A DNA stretch of 64,000 nucleotides. Source: a virus. Lineage: Duplodnaviria; Caudoviricetes. The notes beneath the pieces were generated by a model. The model did not search any database, was not told the DNA's origin, and saw only the letters and a program-made list of their open reading frames with translations. The stretch covers positions 1,757 to 65,756 of IMG/VR virus record IMGVR_UViG_3300025030_000013; one strand, written 5' to 3'. This document shows, in pieces, positions 49,148 through 59,133 of the stretch. The position numbers and the translations under genes were made by a program. Numbering within the stretch: the first letter of the stretch is position 1; the number at the start of each line of letters is the position of its first letter.

Positions 49148-49993
49148 ATGGCCCGTTCGAGAAACATTAAGCCTGGTTTTTTCTTAAATGATGTTCTGTC
49201 CGAAATAGAACCACTAGGAAGATTGTTATTCGCCGGATTATGGACGATAGCGGATAAGGCTGGAAGGTTAAGGGATAGTCCAAAGAAAATCAAAGCTTGT
49301 ATTCTTCCTTATGATGATTGTGATGTAAATAATTTGCTAAATGAATTGTGGAAAAGGAAATTTATAACTCGTTATGTCGTAGATAACGAGGGATATATCG
49401 CTGTGATTAACTGGAAAAAACACCAAAACCCACATATGAAAGAAGTGGAAAGCGAGATACCTGAACCTGAAGAGGAAGCTTTTTATTCGGAACAAGAACT
49501 AAACGAGCATCATACTAGCACCATGCAAGAACAAGTTTTGCACGAAACTAGCCCTGCTGATTCCCTTAACCTGATTCCCTTAACCCTTAACCTGATTCCT
49601 GATTCCAGTACGGGTGCAAGCACCGTACAAAAAAACCCAAAGAAATCTAAAGTGGCTGTTATTAAAAAAACATTTGGTGAAAAAGTTCACTTGTCGGAAG
49701 CTGAGTATGAAAAGTTAGTCAAGGATAACGGTAAATATGACACGGATGAAATGATTGCCATCCTTGACAATTGGTATTGCTCTAAGGGAAAGCCTCCAAA
49801 CAAATCTGATTATCATTGCATGGTCGGAAAAGGATGGGTATTAAGCAGACTTAACGAAGATCGACAAAAGCAATCCAGTAAACCAAAAACAGGATGGATT
49901 AACACCAGAACACCAAACCAATCCATTCAGGACAACATAACGGCCCAATGGTTATCCATGCACGAGGAGGCAGAAAAGAATGGACAAGCCTGA
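49148..49993 (+). CDS. phage replication initiator
   Basis: MARSRNIKPGFF, RLLFAGLWTIADKAGR, NWKKHQ; followed by loader gene. Confidence 0.8.
   Translation: MARSRNIKPGFFLNDVLSEIEPLGRLLFAGLWTIADKAGRLRDSPKKIKACILPYDDCDVNNLLNELWKRKFITRYVVDNEGYIAVINWKKHQNPHMKEVESEIPEPEEEAFYSEQELNEHHTSTMQEQVLHETSPADSLNLIPLTLNLIPDSSTGASTVQKNPKKSKVAVIKKTFGEKVHLSEAEYEKLVKDNGKYDTDEMIAILDNWYCSKGKPPNKSDYHCMVGKGWVLSRLNEDRQKQSSKPKTGWINTRTPNQSIQDNITAQWLSMHEEAEKNGQA
49557..49606. repeat. repeats inside initiator gene; putative lytic origin
   Basis: CTGATTCCCTTAAC x2 plus partial CCTTAAC/CTGATTC units. Confidence 0.6.
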
Positions 49994-50519
49994 GTTTGCT
50001 AAATTTTATTCATACATCACGTCAATTACCACCGATACCAAGCCATCACCACAAAGGATGGAGGTATACTGGGACGCTCTTAACGACTTACCATTTAACA
50101 TAGCCATGACCGCAGCTAGAAAAGTAATAGCAACCCTTGAGAATCCTTTCCTCCCAATGCCAGCCGTATTCCGAGGGGTGGCGGCACAAATCACAGGACC
50201 GAACATCCCGCCAGCACCGGACGCATGGGCAGAGGTTACAAAGTCAATCCGTAACCTCGGCATATATCGCGAACCGGAAGCGTTGGCAAGTCTTAGTCCT
50301 TTAACAAGAAAAGCAGTTGAAGCGATTGGATTTAAAGATATTTGCCTATCTGAAAACATTGATGTTATACGGGGTCAATTCCGAATGGCGTATGAGGCCT
50401 TGGAGAAAAGGGAGATAACGGACGCGAAAACCCCGCAATCTTTAAAGCAAATCATAGCAACAATGCAAGGGGCAAAGGATTTAGCCGAACCGAAACAGAT
50501 AGCAAAGATTGACACCTAA
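49980..50519 (+). CDS. replicative helicase loader/inhibitor-like protein
   Basis: W..ALNDL, F.P.PA, AW.EV..., RGQFRMAYE; position after initiator. Confidence 0.7.
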   Translation: MDKPEFAKFYSYITSITTDTKPSPQRMEVYWDALNDLPFNIAMTAARKVIATLENPFLPMPAVFRGVAAQITGPNIPPAPDAWAEVTKSIRNLGIYREPEALASLSPLTRKAVEAIGFKDICLSENIDVIRGQFRMAYEALEKREITDAKTPQSLKQIIATMQGAKDLAEPKQIAKIDT

Positions 50520-50533
50520 AACAGTGAGGGGGC

Positions 50534-50968
50534 TTGGTTGTGATGAGCTATAACTTCTATATCCCACCAACTGCATATGAAATAGCTAATAAAAACGGAA
50601 TAAGCACAAGGTTACTCACTGACAGAGTAAGAATCCTGGGATGGAGCATTGAAAGAGCAAAGAAAGATCCACCTCGAAAGCAAGGTGATTGGAAGAAGTG
50701 GACAGGTGTTGCAAAGGAGAACAATATTCCCCTCTCTGCATTTTACAGAAGGGTAAACGAATTGGGTATGAGTCCAGACGATGCAGCAACCATTCCCATG
50801 ATGGGCAAGAGAACACTGATAGACAACATAGCAATAGCAAAAAGGAAATACCCCAAGGAATACGAGGACATGGCATTGGCTAACGGGATTGGAAAGAAAA
50901 CTTTTGTGAGCAGGATGTTTAGGAAATGGGATCCTTTAGAGGCGGCGACTAAACAAGTTAAGAGATAA
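50534..50968 (+). CDS. repeat HTH-like phage protein (paralog of 45762..46229)
   Basis: Same A..NGI...W..E.A repeats. Confidence 0.65.
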   Translation: MVVMSYNFYIPPTAYEIANKNGISTRLLTDRVRILGWSIERAKKDPPRKQGDWKKWTGVAKENNIPLSAFYRRVNELGMSPDDAATIPMMGKRTLIDNIAIAKRKYPKEYEDMALANGIGKKTFVSRMFRKWDPLEAATKQVKR

Positions 50969-50980
50969 GGAGGAACCTAA

Positions 50981-51346
50981 ATGCGAAAGCTAAAATTCAA
51001 CGAACAAAAAATCTTGCAGCTCTACAACTCCGGCAAAAACGATACCAAAATTGGAAAGGCAGTCGGGATAAAGCCAAACACCATAGCGTGTTGGAGGTAT
51101 AGAAATAATCTCCCGGCCAACATCGGCAACATATCAGATGGAACATACCTTACCGGGGTTAGTTATCGAGATGTGCTGGAACCTGAGCAGGTTGACGTAA
51201 TGAGTGATTTCCTTATCAACTTACTCAAGGCTGGGAAACAAGCTATGGAGGCAGGAGTTAAGCCGGACGTTATGGGATTTATGGATACTTATGCCGGCAG
51301 GACTAAGAAGTGGTCAGAGGAAAGACGGGAGAGGGTGGCGAGATGA
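50981..51346 (+). CDS. HTH protein
   Basis: LYNSGKNDTKIGKAVGIKPNTIACWR. Confidence 0.65.
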   Translation: MRKLKFNEQKILQLYNSGKNDTKIGKAVGIKPNTIACWRYRNNLPANIGNISDGTYLTGVSYRDVLEPEQVDVMSDFLINLLKAGKQAMEAGVKPDVMGFMDTYAGRTKKWSEERRERVAR

Positions 51347-51693
51347 ACTACTTCGACGAAGCCCGAAAACTCCTACCCCTCTCAAACTGCCTAAAACGTC
51401 ACTACGCCTGTGTAATCGTTAAGAGTGGTCGAAGTTTATCCAATGGGTATAATACGAGCCTTAAAACATGTACTACGTGCGCTAGGATGGATATTGAACA
51501 TAATACGGGAAGTTATGATGATTGTTTAGCCGTGCATGCCGAGGCTTCTGCTTTGATTAGGACTAAGGTCGATCTTGAGGGTTCTGAGTTGTATCTAGTC
51601 TGCTCGGATGAGGTTGATCCTATACCGTGTCCGGCATGCCAGAAGTTGTTGGACTTCGCAGGAGTTAAACAGGTAAGGGAGGTGCAGGGGTGA
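51343..51693 (+). CDS. dCMP deaminase-like protein
   Basis: SNCLKR, GYN, VHAE, PCPAC. Confidence 0.8.
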   Translation: MNYFDEARKLLPLSNCLKRHYACVIVKSGRSLSNGYNTSLKTCTTCARMDIEHNTGSYDDCLAVHAEASALIRTKVDLEGSELYLVCSDEVDPIPCPACQKLLDFAGVKQVREVQG

Positions 51694-52442
51694 AACGCGG
51701 CAACATGCGAACCTACGGCACAGTATTAACGGAAAAGCTAGTCAGCGAAAAATGTACGACAATGGCTAGTCCATGCGTTCGCTACTTTGTCGATGCGAGT
51801 GGTAACAGGATAAGCGAGCCAGATAAGGTTGTAGCAGAAAGCGCATACATTGAGCCTGCGGAATACAGAAAGAGGGTTGATAATTTGAAAAGGGACGAAA
51901 AAGGGAAGTTTGTTAAGATGGAAACTACTCCATTCGAGATACCTAACACGCCGGGGAATTATCAAGCGATAGATAAGCTAGTAGAGGGTACAGAAGCACT
52001 ATCAGGGGCTAGTAAAGAGGATGAGGGTGGGATTGTTAGGAAGGGAGACGGGGAAGGACCTAAAATTGCATTTGAGGAATATTTTAAAGTTGAATTCGAT
52101 GAACAAAATCGCGTGCCCGGATGCTTTGGGGGTTATGATCCTATTATGTATTGTTGTAGGGATTGTACGGACAACGTTGAATGCAAGGAAACGTCCAATA
52201 AGGTTAAAAGCAAGGAAACCAAGGATGATATCGGAGTATTGGCCGAACCTGAATCGGAGTTGGTTCCTGAGTATGCAGGGGAACCCGAAATATGGCCATG
52301 TAGGCCTAAGCCGGAAAAGGAAACTCCTGACCAGATGTGGGCTCATGTTGCTTATTATATTGGGTCTATAAAGCAGCAGGGCATAAGACGAGTTGAGGAA
52401 GATATTCAAGCGAGACTAGATAAAATTTTGGGAGGAAGATAA
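51690..52442 (+). CDS. hypothetical acidic protein with Cys cluster
   Basis: CFGGYD....CRDC....EC. Confidence 0.55.
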   Translation: MKRGNMRTYGTVLTEKLVSEKCTTMASPCVRYFVDASGNRISEPDKVVAESAYIEPAEYRKRVDNLKRDEKGKFVKMETTPFEIPNTPGNYQAIDKLVEGTEALSGASKEDEGGIVRKGDGEGPKIAFEEYFKVEFDEQNRVPGCFGGYDPIMYCCRDCTDNVECKETSNKVKSKETKDDIGVLAEPESELVPEYAGEPEIWPCRPKPEKETPDQMWAHVAYYIGSIKQQGIRRVEEDIQARLDKILGGR

Positions 52443-52443
52443 T

Positions 52444-52854
52444 ATGTTAAATCGTGTGGTATTAATTGGTAGATTAGTTCGAGATCCGGAATTACGGTAC
52501 TCTCCAAGTGGTGTTGCCGTGTCGAATTTTACGCTCGCAGTTGACCGTAAATTCAAGAACTCGGAAGGTCAAAAAGAGGCAGATTTCATTCCGTGCGTTG
52601 CGTTTAAGCAGCTTGGTGAATTGGCCGCTAATTGGTTGGCGAAGGGGAAGCAATGTTCGGTAGATGGGAGAATACAGGTTAGGAACTACAACGACAAAGA
52701 TGGTCAAAAGCGTTGGGTTACAGAAGTGATTTGTGAAGATATACATTTTCTTAGTCCAAAAGACGCGCAACAAGGCGATAACAACACAACAAGCGGAAAT
52801 CCTTCATACGGAACAGAGGTTAATTTAGATGATGGAGATTCTATCCCATTCTAA
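52444..52854 (+). CDS. ssb: single-stranded DNA-binding protein
   Basis: MLNRVVLIGRLVRDPELRY...DSIPF. Confidence 0.95.
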   Translation: MLNRVVLIGRLVRDPELRYSPSGVAVSNFTLAVDRKFKNSEGQKEADFIPCVAFKQLGELAANWLAKGKQCSVDGRIQVRNYNDKDGQKRWVTEVICEDIHFLSPKDAQQGDNNTTSGNPSYGTEVNLDDGDSIPF

Positions 52855-52908
52855 TCTAAAATAAATAGGGGTGCATACTAACCAATCACCCCCCAAAAGG
52901 AGGCCCGT

Positions 52909-53199
52909 ATGAAAAACACAAAAACAAACAGACTAAAAACCCTCTACCCCACGCTCTCCGATCTCGAAAAGGCAATAGAAAAGTTTGGTAACGTATCAAA
53001 GCTTGCTTATCATTTAGGAATGAGTCGGACAACTATTACAGATTACAGGTTGGCACTGGACGGCAATTGTACTATCAGAAGTGGCAGGAAGTACATGAAG
53101 GATTGTGAGCTGGACGAGAATATTCGCAAGGTTGTCGAGGGTGCGGGTGTTGTTGGGGTTGGGGAATGCCATCAGTGGATGGGGACGACGAAGATATGA
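52909..53199 (+). CDS. HTH protein
   Basis: GNVSKLAYHLGMSRTTI. Confidence 0.6.
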   Translation: MKNTKTNRLKTLYPTLSDLEKAIEKFGNVSKLAYHLGMSRTTITDYRLALDGNCTIRSGRKYMKDCELDENIRKVVEGAGVVGVGECHQWMGTTKI

Positions 53200-53212
53200 G
53201 GGGGATTTTGGA

Positions 53213-53641
53213 ATGAGTGATGTTAAATTTACACCGGGTCCGTGGGAAGTTGTAAATACTGATGACAACTTATGTATGAGTATGACGGTAATTACTCCTA
53301 GAGGATTGTTTGAAAGAAATGAAACTAACGGCATGTTAAGTGATGAGTCGTCTGATAAATTAGGAAAAATTATTGCCGTTACCTTTCATCAAATCGACCC
53401 TATTGTTGGGCTTGAAGCGTGCGATAAGAATGAGGATGATGGGAACGCTCGACTTATTGCTTCTGCACCCGAAATGTACGAATCCTTAAAGATCTACGAA
53501 TCATGGGAAGCGGAATTACTTATGGAAAATAGTGTATGGGTGAACGGTTTGCCGAGGTTTACGCAATCGCTATACGACAAGTGGATGGAGATACAGGGGA
53601 AGAGGAATGAAGTGTTGGGTAAAGCGGATGGTAGGGTATGA
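53213..53641 (+). CDS. conserved phage protein
   Basis: KFTPGPW...NARLIASAPEMYE.L. Confidence 0.7.
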   Translation: MSDVKFTPGPWEVVNTDDNLCMSMTVITPRGLFERNETNGMLSDESSDKLGKIIAVTFHQIDPIVGLEACDKNEDDGNARLIASAPEMYESLKIYESWEAELLMENSVWVNGLPRFTQSLYDKWMEIQGKRNEVLGKADGRV

Positions 53642-54066
53642 TCACAATACCTGGCAAGCCATTAGGTAAGCAAAGGGCTAGAACGTTAAAAAGCGGTAGG
53701 AGTTACACGCCGGACCAAACTGTAAATTATGAAACTTACGTCAAGATGTGCTATGTCGAGCAGGGAGGGAGAAATTTGGGTGGGACAGATTTACTATGGA
53801 TGGAGATTGCTGCTTTCTACCCAATCCCTAAATCGACAAGCAAGAAGAAGGCCGCCTTAATGGAGGGTGGGGAAATACGTCCAACCGTAAAGCCTGACCT
53901 AGATAACTGCATCAAAATAGTGGCAGATAGCTTGAATGGCATAGCTTATAAAGATGATAGCCAGATAGTATCTGTGGTAGCTAATAAATTCTATAGCGAT
54001 GCTCCAAGATTAGAGATTAAGATTGGCATTACTACTGCTAAAACGCAACGGTATCCTTTAGTCTAA
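53638..54066 (+). CDS. rusA: RusA-like Holliday junction resolvase
   Basis: GKQRAR, KPDLDNCIK...DSLNG...DDSQIV. Confidence 0.9.
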   Translation: MITIPGKPLGKQRARTLKSGRSYTPDQTVNYETYVKMCYVEQGGRNLGGTDLLWMEIAAFYPIPKSTSKKKAALMEGGEIRPTVKPDLDNCIKIVADSLNGIAYKDDSQIVSVVANKFYSDAPRLEIKIGITTAKTQRYPLV

Positions 54067-54115
54067 AGTGAAAAAGAGAACTAAAGCAACGCAATAATAG
54101 AGCAATAATAGGAGG

Positions 54116-54751
54116 ATGGTAATGAAAATTAAGTGTTTAAAAAAAGTTGTAATGAATTTTGATGGCATAGTCGCCTTTGTTAAGGGGAAAACATATGAGG
54201 CTAATGAGGATGAGGACGGGGGATTTCGTATAACCAATGAGCAGAATTCCCCACATTGGGGATCATATGAATGGGTAAATGAGAATTTCGTTTTCCTAGA
54301 ATTGAGGGGTATTAACATTATTCCCACTAAGTTAATGCACACCACAGACCCTATATTCCTTCCATACCGCAAGCACGCAAACGATGCAGGAGCAGACCTA
54401 AGAGCTCGGATAGAGCAGCCAATAAGATTGCATCCTGGTCAACTATACAAAATACCATCGGGCGTTGCTATAGAGATACCATGCGGATATGTCGGACTAC
54501 TGCAGCCACGTTCAGGGGCATCGGGTGAGGGTAAATTAACAATAACTGGAACTATCGACAGTTCGTATCGCGGGGAAATGTCCATGAATATATTTAATCC
54601 TCTCGACTCGAATTATGTAGTTATAAACCCAAAAGAGCGCATTGCCCAACTGGTGGTGGTTCCATACTTACAAACTGAGTTTGTTCAAGTTGATGAGCTG
54701 GGGGAGAGCGAGCGCGGAATACAGGGCTTCGGAAGCACAGGAAAGGAATGA
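54116..54751 (+). CDS. dut: trimeric dUTPase with N-terminal extension
   Basis: AGADL, PRSG, GTIDSSYRGE, RIAQLV, RG..GFGSTG. Confidence 0.9.
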   Translation: MVMKIKCLKKVVMNFDGIVAFVKGKTYEANEDEDGGFRITNEQNSPHWGSYEWVNENFVFLELRGINIIPTKLMHTTDPIFLPYRKHANDAGADLRARIEQPIRLHPGQLYKIPSGVAIEIPCGYVGLLQPRSGASGEGKLTITGTIDSSYRGEMSMNIFNPLDSNYVVINPKERIAQLVVVPYLQTEFVQVDELGESERGIQGFGSTGKE

Positions 54752-55002
54752 TTATGATAGACAACAATACCTGTCCAGAATGTGGCCAAAGGATTAGGAA
54801 TGAAGGGGGTTGCGTTACGTGCCCTAATCCTGTGTGCGCATGGAGTGTTTGCTCATGATTGATGAATTGAGAGGGATCATGAGTATTGTTGCTATATTTA
54901 TGAGTTTATATTTATTTGGAACCCATAATGTTGCGGATGCCATCTACTTAGGAGTGATGGCGGTATGGGTTAGGCCTTAAAAATAGAGGGGGAAAAGGAA
55001 TT

Positions 55003-55338
55003 ATGAAAAGAGTAATTGACGGAGTTGGCAAAGATGCTCCAATAGAAAAGAACGAATCCGGGGGAAGACAGTCAAATTCTGGGTATCGCTTTGATTTGAT
55101 AGATCCTAAAGCATTATTTGCTACTGCTAAGGTATTGAAAGAGGGATTCGATAAGTACGGAGAGGATAACTGGCGAAAAATACCAACTAGCGATCACTTA
55201 AACCATTTACTAGTTCATGCGTACGCCTATCTTGCGGGGGATCGCCAGGATGAGCACCTTAGCCATGCTGTATGTCGAGCTATATTCGCCTTGGGAGTAG
55301 ATATTGATACTAGAGAGGAGATGGAAGATAAGTGTTAA
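55003..55338 (+). CDS. dATP/dGTP diphosphohydrolase-like (DUF5664) protein
   Basis: RFDLID..AL...A.VL.EG.DKYG.DNWRK...H...HL.HA.CR. Confidence 0.7.
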   Translation: MKRVIDGVGKDAPIEKNESGGRQSNSGYRFDLIDPKALFATAKVLKEGFDKYGEDNWRKIPTSDHLNHLLVHAYAYLAGDRQDEHLSHAVCRAIFALGVDIDTREEMEDKC

Positions 55339-55586
55339 TGGATAAAATTAGGGCAAGTCTGGACAAGAGATATAATACGGATTTGACTGTAAAGCTGGCT
55401 GATATGGGATTTACTCCTACGACTTATCATAGGCTGAGACGCGCAGGGATAGAGATTGTAGGGGATTTGGTTAGGATGTCGTGGAAAGACCTCATGGGGC
55501 GCAGGAACATCGTTAGAGGGGATTGTGTGGAGGTTAAAGAGAAGTTGGAGGATATGGGGTTGGCTCTCAGGAAGGATGGAAAGTAA
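55332..55586 (+). CDS. stand-alone RNA polymerase alpha C-terminal-domain-like protein
   Basis: LRRAGIEIVGDLV.MS..DLM..RN......EVKEKLEDMGLALR aligns with alpha-CTD. Confidence 0.75.
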   Translation: MLMDKIRASLDKRYNTDLTVKLADMGFTPTTYHRLRRAGIEIVGDLVRMSWKDLMGRRNIVRGDCVEVKEKLEDMGLALRKDGK

Positions 55587-55834
55587 TGAACCTAAAAATA
55601 CGCCTAAAGTTTAGTGACATCATAAAGCTGGTATTCGGTGGCGATGTGATGGTATTGGACCCGTACAGCAACAGTATTTATATAGTGAAAAAGGGGGAGG
55701 ATACTGGAATTTATAAGGAGTAGGAAGGGGAATGGATGATGTTCTACGGATTAAAAGACAGGAATATTTCGTGGCGAAGGGGTTCTGGGAGAAAATTATG
55801 GTTTCCGTGTAGGTCGAGAAAGTGGTGGTAGGGT

Positions 55835-56107
55835 ATGTCTCATGGAATAGCGAAAGTAAAACCGTCAGCCACTGATTGCCAATCGTTCATCAATACGGCT
55901 GAAGGTTATAATGTCACGCCAGATTGCACTAATTGCCATAAAGAGCAAACTGTTGAAATACTTCAATTCGTTTCATCGTTCTTTGGCGCATATGGAATCT
56001 GTAAAAACAATAATAATGAATTTATTAAGATTAATACGCATCAACTTGAATCGATTACTAGTTGCCCAGTGTGTGGAAAAATAGATATTGGAGGTGAAGA
56101 TCAATGA
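55835..56107 (+). CDS. hypothetical Cys-containing protein
   Basis: CTNC, CPVCG. Confidence 0.5.
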   Translation: MSHGIAKVKPSATDCQSFINTAEGYNVTPDCTNCHKEQTVEILQFVSSFFGAYGICKNNNNEFIKINTHQLESITSCPVCGKIDIGGEDQ

Positions 56108-56505
56108 CAATACAAGAATTTGCCAAGATGCTGGATGGTCGGGAATATTTAGGCGAGATGATTTTAGCAGAAAAGGAATTGGCGAAGGCGTTGGGGTTTG
56201 TGGTGGTATTTGGATATTCGGACGACAATGCCGAACTAGAGGGAGCTATCGACGAGGAAGTCACTTGCTATGATGGTACTGAGATATACCTAAATAAAGA
56301 TGGTATTTTTGAGGAATGCGATGAGGAATGCAAACATTCGAGGGCTGCTAAGAAAAAGTGTAAGGTTATTAAAGGTATTTGGGATAAGGAAGAGTATTCG
56401 TGGATTTACGAAACGGATATTCCACACGCAACTTTTGATGTTATGGAAGACGGTGGGAAGTTTTGCAGAGGAATTGTGTTTGATATTAAGAGTTTGGGGG
56501 AATAA
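56104..56505 (+). CDS. conserved phage protein
   Basis: VVVFGYSDDNAE..GAI, W.YETDIPHATF....FCRGIVF. Confidence 0.7.
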   Translation: MTIQEFAKMLDGREYLGEMILAEKELAKALGFVVVFGYSDDNAELEGAIDEEVTCYDGTEIYLNKDGIFEECDEECKHSRAAKKKCKVIKGIWDKEEYSWIYETDIPHATFDVMEDGGKFCRGIVFDIKSLGE

Positions 56506-56666
56506 AGATGGGGCTAATTAAAAAGTTTAAAAAGTGGTATTGGAAAAATCGCAGATGTAATACATGTGAATTTGTTTGAAATGGTAAGGAATGCCCCCTT
56601 AAGCCTGGTACTGGCTTTTTGGAAGCGATGCATTGTTCAAAATATAAGAGGGGTAAGTAGAGGGGG

Positions 56667-57122
56667 GTGGACTCCATAATTACAAAACAAAAAAGACCTC
56701 CATGGCATTACTCGACTATTTCCCGCCTAACGCACTACAAACCCAATCAGGACCGCATAACTTACCTACTAAGGGAACTATCCATGATGGGGGTTAAGAC
56801 AACGCAGGTGTGTAGTGATATGCCTCATGGGAGTGGCGTGAGTGATTCGACGGGTGATCTGGCATCTAAGATTTATGACAAAAAGAAATTGCTCGTAGAA
56901 TTACAAAATGAAAACGAGTTGATTGATTTAGCGGTGGGTATGCTTCCGGAGGCCAAGAAGCTCATAATAGACACAAAGTATTTACAGGAAAATAAGGATG
57001 ATTACGCGCAAAGGGTTCTGCGGAAGAATCACGGGCTTAGGAGTCGGGACAGCTATTATCGGCTGAAGGATGAGGCTGTCGAGGAATTGGCTAAGATGAT
57101 GGGGGAGAAGAAAGGGGAATAA
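56667..57122 (+). CDS. ArpU/RinA-like late transcriptional activator
   Basis: DMPHGSG.SD.T, L....K.II..KYL, YYRLKDEAV..LA; end of early operon. Confidence 0.75.
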   Translation: MDSIITKQKRPPWHYSTISRLTHYKPNQDRITYLLRELSMMGVKTTQVCSDMPHGSGVSDSTGDLASKIYDKKKLLVELQNENELIDLAVGMLPEAKKLIIDTKYLQENKDDYAQRVLRKNHGLRSRDSYYRLKDEAVEELAKMMGEKKGE

Positions 57123-57265
57123 TGTAAGAAGAATCTCGAAAGTCAAGAATGGATAGAATATCATAGGGGGTATATAATCCGTCCTTGATAAATAGTACAA
57201 ATATCAAACAATATTCATAACTAAAACAATTGAAATAGTAAGAATTAACATGTTACACTCTAAGG

Positions 57266-57307
57266 GACAAAATAACAGACAAAATAAAGACGCTCTCGGC
57301 CTATAAT
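57266..57307 (+). promoter_or_regulatory. putative activator-dependent late promoter
   Basis: GACAAAATAA x2 (57266, 57278) upstream of TATAAT at 57302, just after the activator gene. Confidence 0.45.
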
Positions 57308-57526
57308 GTGGCCCGGAGCGTCTTTTCTAATTTTCAGGGGGTAACTTATTGTGGATTGCAAATTATGCATTAGGCTGAAGTGTTGCCCAGATAAGGATAA
57401 TCATCCTATAAATTGCGTTAGGTTTGTTGATTTTAAGGATGGTAAGAGGTTTAGAGCGGTCGATAAGGTAATGAGGCATAACAAAGGGGTTTGGATTGAG
57501 CCTGGATAAAGAAGGAAGCCCTATTT

Positions 57527-57901
57527 CTAGGACTTCTCAAAATATCTGATTCCCCATCTTAATTCGAGAGCCTTTATCGCAGTTTTCCTTAATCCCTCAT
57601 TCATGTAGTATGCCTTATCCATAGTGTCAACCTGTTCTCCTTCATCGTTTGACCACGAATTACCTGCCCAAAGGCTGAATGCCCAGTATAAGGATGCTCT
57701 GTGACCGCTACCGAAATCGGTATCGAATATTTTACCCCATTTGATTTCACGGTGTTTTGGATTGATATGCTTCAGTGTTTTATTACGGAGTTCGGAGTCG
57801 GAAGTCATGATGAATACAGGTCCTATCCATTCGGTGTCAGTGATTAGCTTACCGGGGCATAGTGATTTGAAAGAGTCTAGGTGTTCGTGATTATTAAACA
57901 T
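57527..57901 (-). CDS. hypothetical protein
   Basis: RBS AAGGAGG within repeated leader. Confidence 0.65.
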   Translation of the reverse strand: MFNNHEHLDSFKSLCPGKLITDTEWIGPVFIMTSDSELRNKTLKHINPKHREIKWGKIFDTDFGSGHRASLYWAFSLWAGNSWSNDEGEQVDTMDKAYYMNEGLRKTAIKALELRWGIRYFEKS

Positions 57902-57931
57902 GTGTTATCCTCCTTACGAGCTGTCGGGCTA

Positions 57932-58228
57932 CTACGCTAAGTACTCATGTTCTCGACAATACACCTTTCCGGTATCGGGGTTACGGGCACCGTAGGAGAC
58001 GCAATCATTACATCCTTCGTGTGAGCATCTAACGGGTTTCCCCGGACCGATATATTCAAGCTCGTTAAGAAAACGGTCAGATAATTGGTTTTTACCTATA
58101 GAGCGCAGGTCAGACTCGACATTGCTTGCATAGCGGCCCAGGTAGTCAATGCCGAGAGATTTGATTTTTGTAATAGTGGATAAACGACTAGACAGTTGCT
58201 TGTCGATAAAACGAGTTCTTGTGCTCAT
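57932..58228 (-). CDS. hypothetical protein with C-terminal Cys/His Zn motif
   Basis: CSHEGC....YCREH. Confidence 0.6.
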   Translation of the reverse strand: MSTRTRFIDKQLSSRLSTITKIKSLGIDYLGRYASNVESDLRSIGKNQLSDRFLNELEYIGPGKPVRCSHEGCNDCVSYGARNPDTGKVYCREHEYLA

Positions 58229-58229
58229 C

Positions 58230-58379
58230 CTAATTCCTTCCTTCCCTTATTTTGGACAGTAGCTCTTTTAGCTTTGCGTACTCGGTATCTGTGAGCTGGA
58301 ATGTTCGGCGAGTGCGTCCTGTTGGTTTGCGACCGGAGCCGGGTCGATATCCTCCGTGGGTTGATTTGTTGGTTTTCAT
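58230..58379 (-). CDS. small DNA-binding regulator (not in ORF track)
   Basis: HGGYRPGSGRKP..RTFQLTDTEYAKLKELL, 49 aa, ATGA-coupled. Confidence 0.65.
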   Translation of the reverse strand: MKTNKSTHGGYRPGSGRKPTGRTRRTFQLTDTEYAKLKELLSKIREGRN

Positions 58380-58597
58380 GACTTGAAACTACCGCGTGCT
58401 GTGGCTGGATATTCTGCGCTACCCGGCCATATCGAGTCTATAGTGATCGTGATACCATCCCCGCTACGACCTGTGCAAAACTCATCTAGAGTGCCATGGC
58501 AAACCGTTTTGTACGAATCGATGATATGTGGAGCGTGAGGACCTTCTATTTTACAAAAGCTAGTCTTGTTAGATCCTGAAAAATTAAAGCTTGGCAT
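58376..58597 (-). CDS. hypothetical protein
   Basis: RBS AAGGAG in repeated leader. Confidence 0.6.
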   Translation of the reverse strand: MPSFNFSGSNKTSFCKIEGPHAPHIIDSYKTVCHGTLDEFCTGRSGDGITITIDSIWPGSAEYPATARGSFKS

Positions 58598-58665
58598 TTT
58601 TAAAACTCCTTTTCCCCGCTCCTTACGAGCTGCCGGGCTGCATTAGGCAGGACCTTTGACCTGCT

Positions 58666-58935
58666 CTATTTGGCCATAACTTCGTAGTCGATCCCGTTTT
58701 TTCCGATGGCGTAGCCAACCTTTTCTCCCCAATAAAATCCTTCGTTGGCCACTAAGTGGTGAGCAAAATCTTCCTTAGCTTCGGCTATTTTCTGCTCAAG
58801 TGCCATGTAGTTCTCAGCCTCGATAGTGATGGTTTCGTCTACTCCAAAACATGGGCTACTTCCGTTTTCATCGACAAGGTACAGATTTACTGTTTGGGTT
58901 GCACTGGTCAGCGTGGATGTAATGATTAGTTTCAT
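58666..58935 (-). CDS. acidic hypothetical protein
   Basis: Start at 58935 after the same 24-bp leader as 58597. Confidence 0.6.
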   Translation of the reverse strand: MKLIITSTLTSATQTVNLYLVDENGSSPCFGVDETITIEAENYMALEQKIAEAKEDFAHHLVANEGFYWGEKVGYAIGKNGIDYEVMAK

Positions 58936-59010
58936 TTTTAAAACTCCTTTTCCCCGGCTCCCTTTGTAGCCTGTCGGGTTATTTACTACCTTCAAACTTG
59001 ATCTTGATTT

Positions 59011-59040
59011 ATTGTAACATAATCATGTTTTGATTGTCAA
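59011..59040 (-). promoter_or_regulatory. sigma-A promoter with palindrome in spacer
   Basis: TTGACA-N18-TACAAT with TG; AATCA-N5-TGATT in spacer. Confidence 0.7.
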
Positions 59041-59133
59041 CTACTTTTTCAAGTTTATTTAGGATGCTTGAGCTTAGTAATTAGCGTTGTAATGCAATGT
59101 TAATCGGTGAGCTTAGGGCAAGGGCAAGACTCT

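Noticed and set aside
55003-55338. Z-genome (2-aminoadenine) pathway
   Set aside because: No PurZ or phage DNA polymerase in the window.
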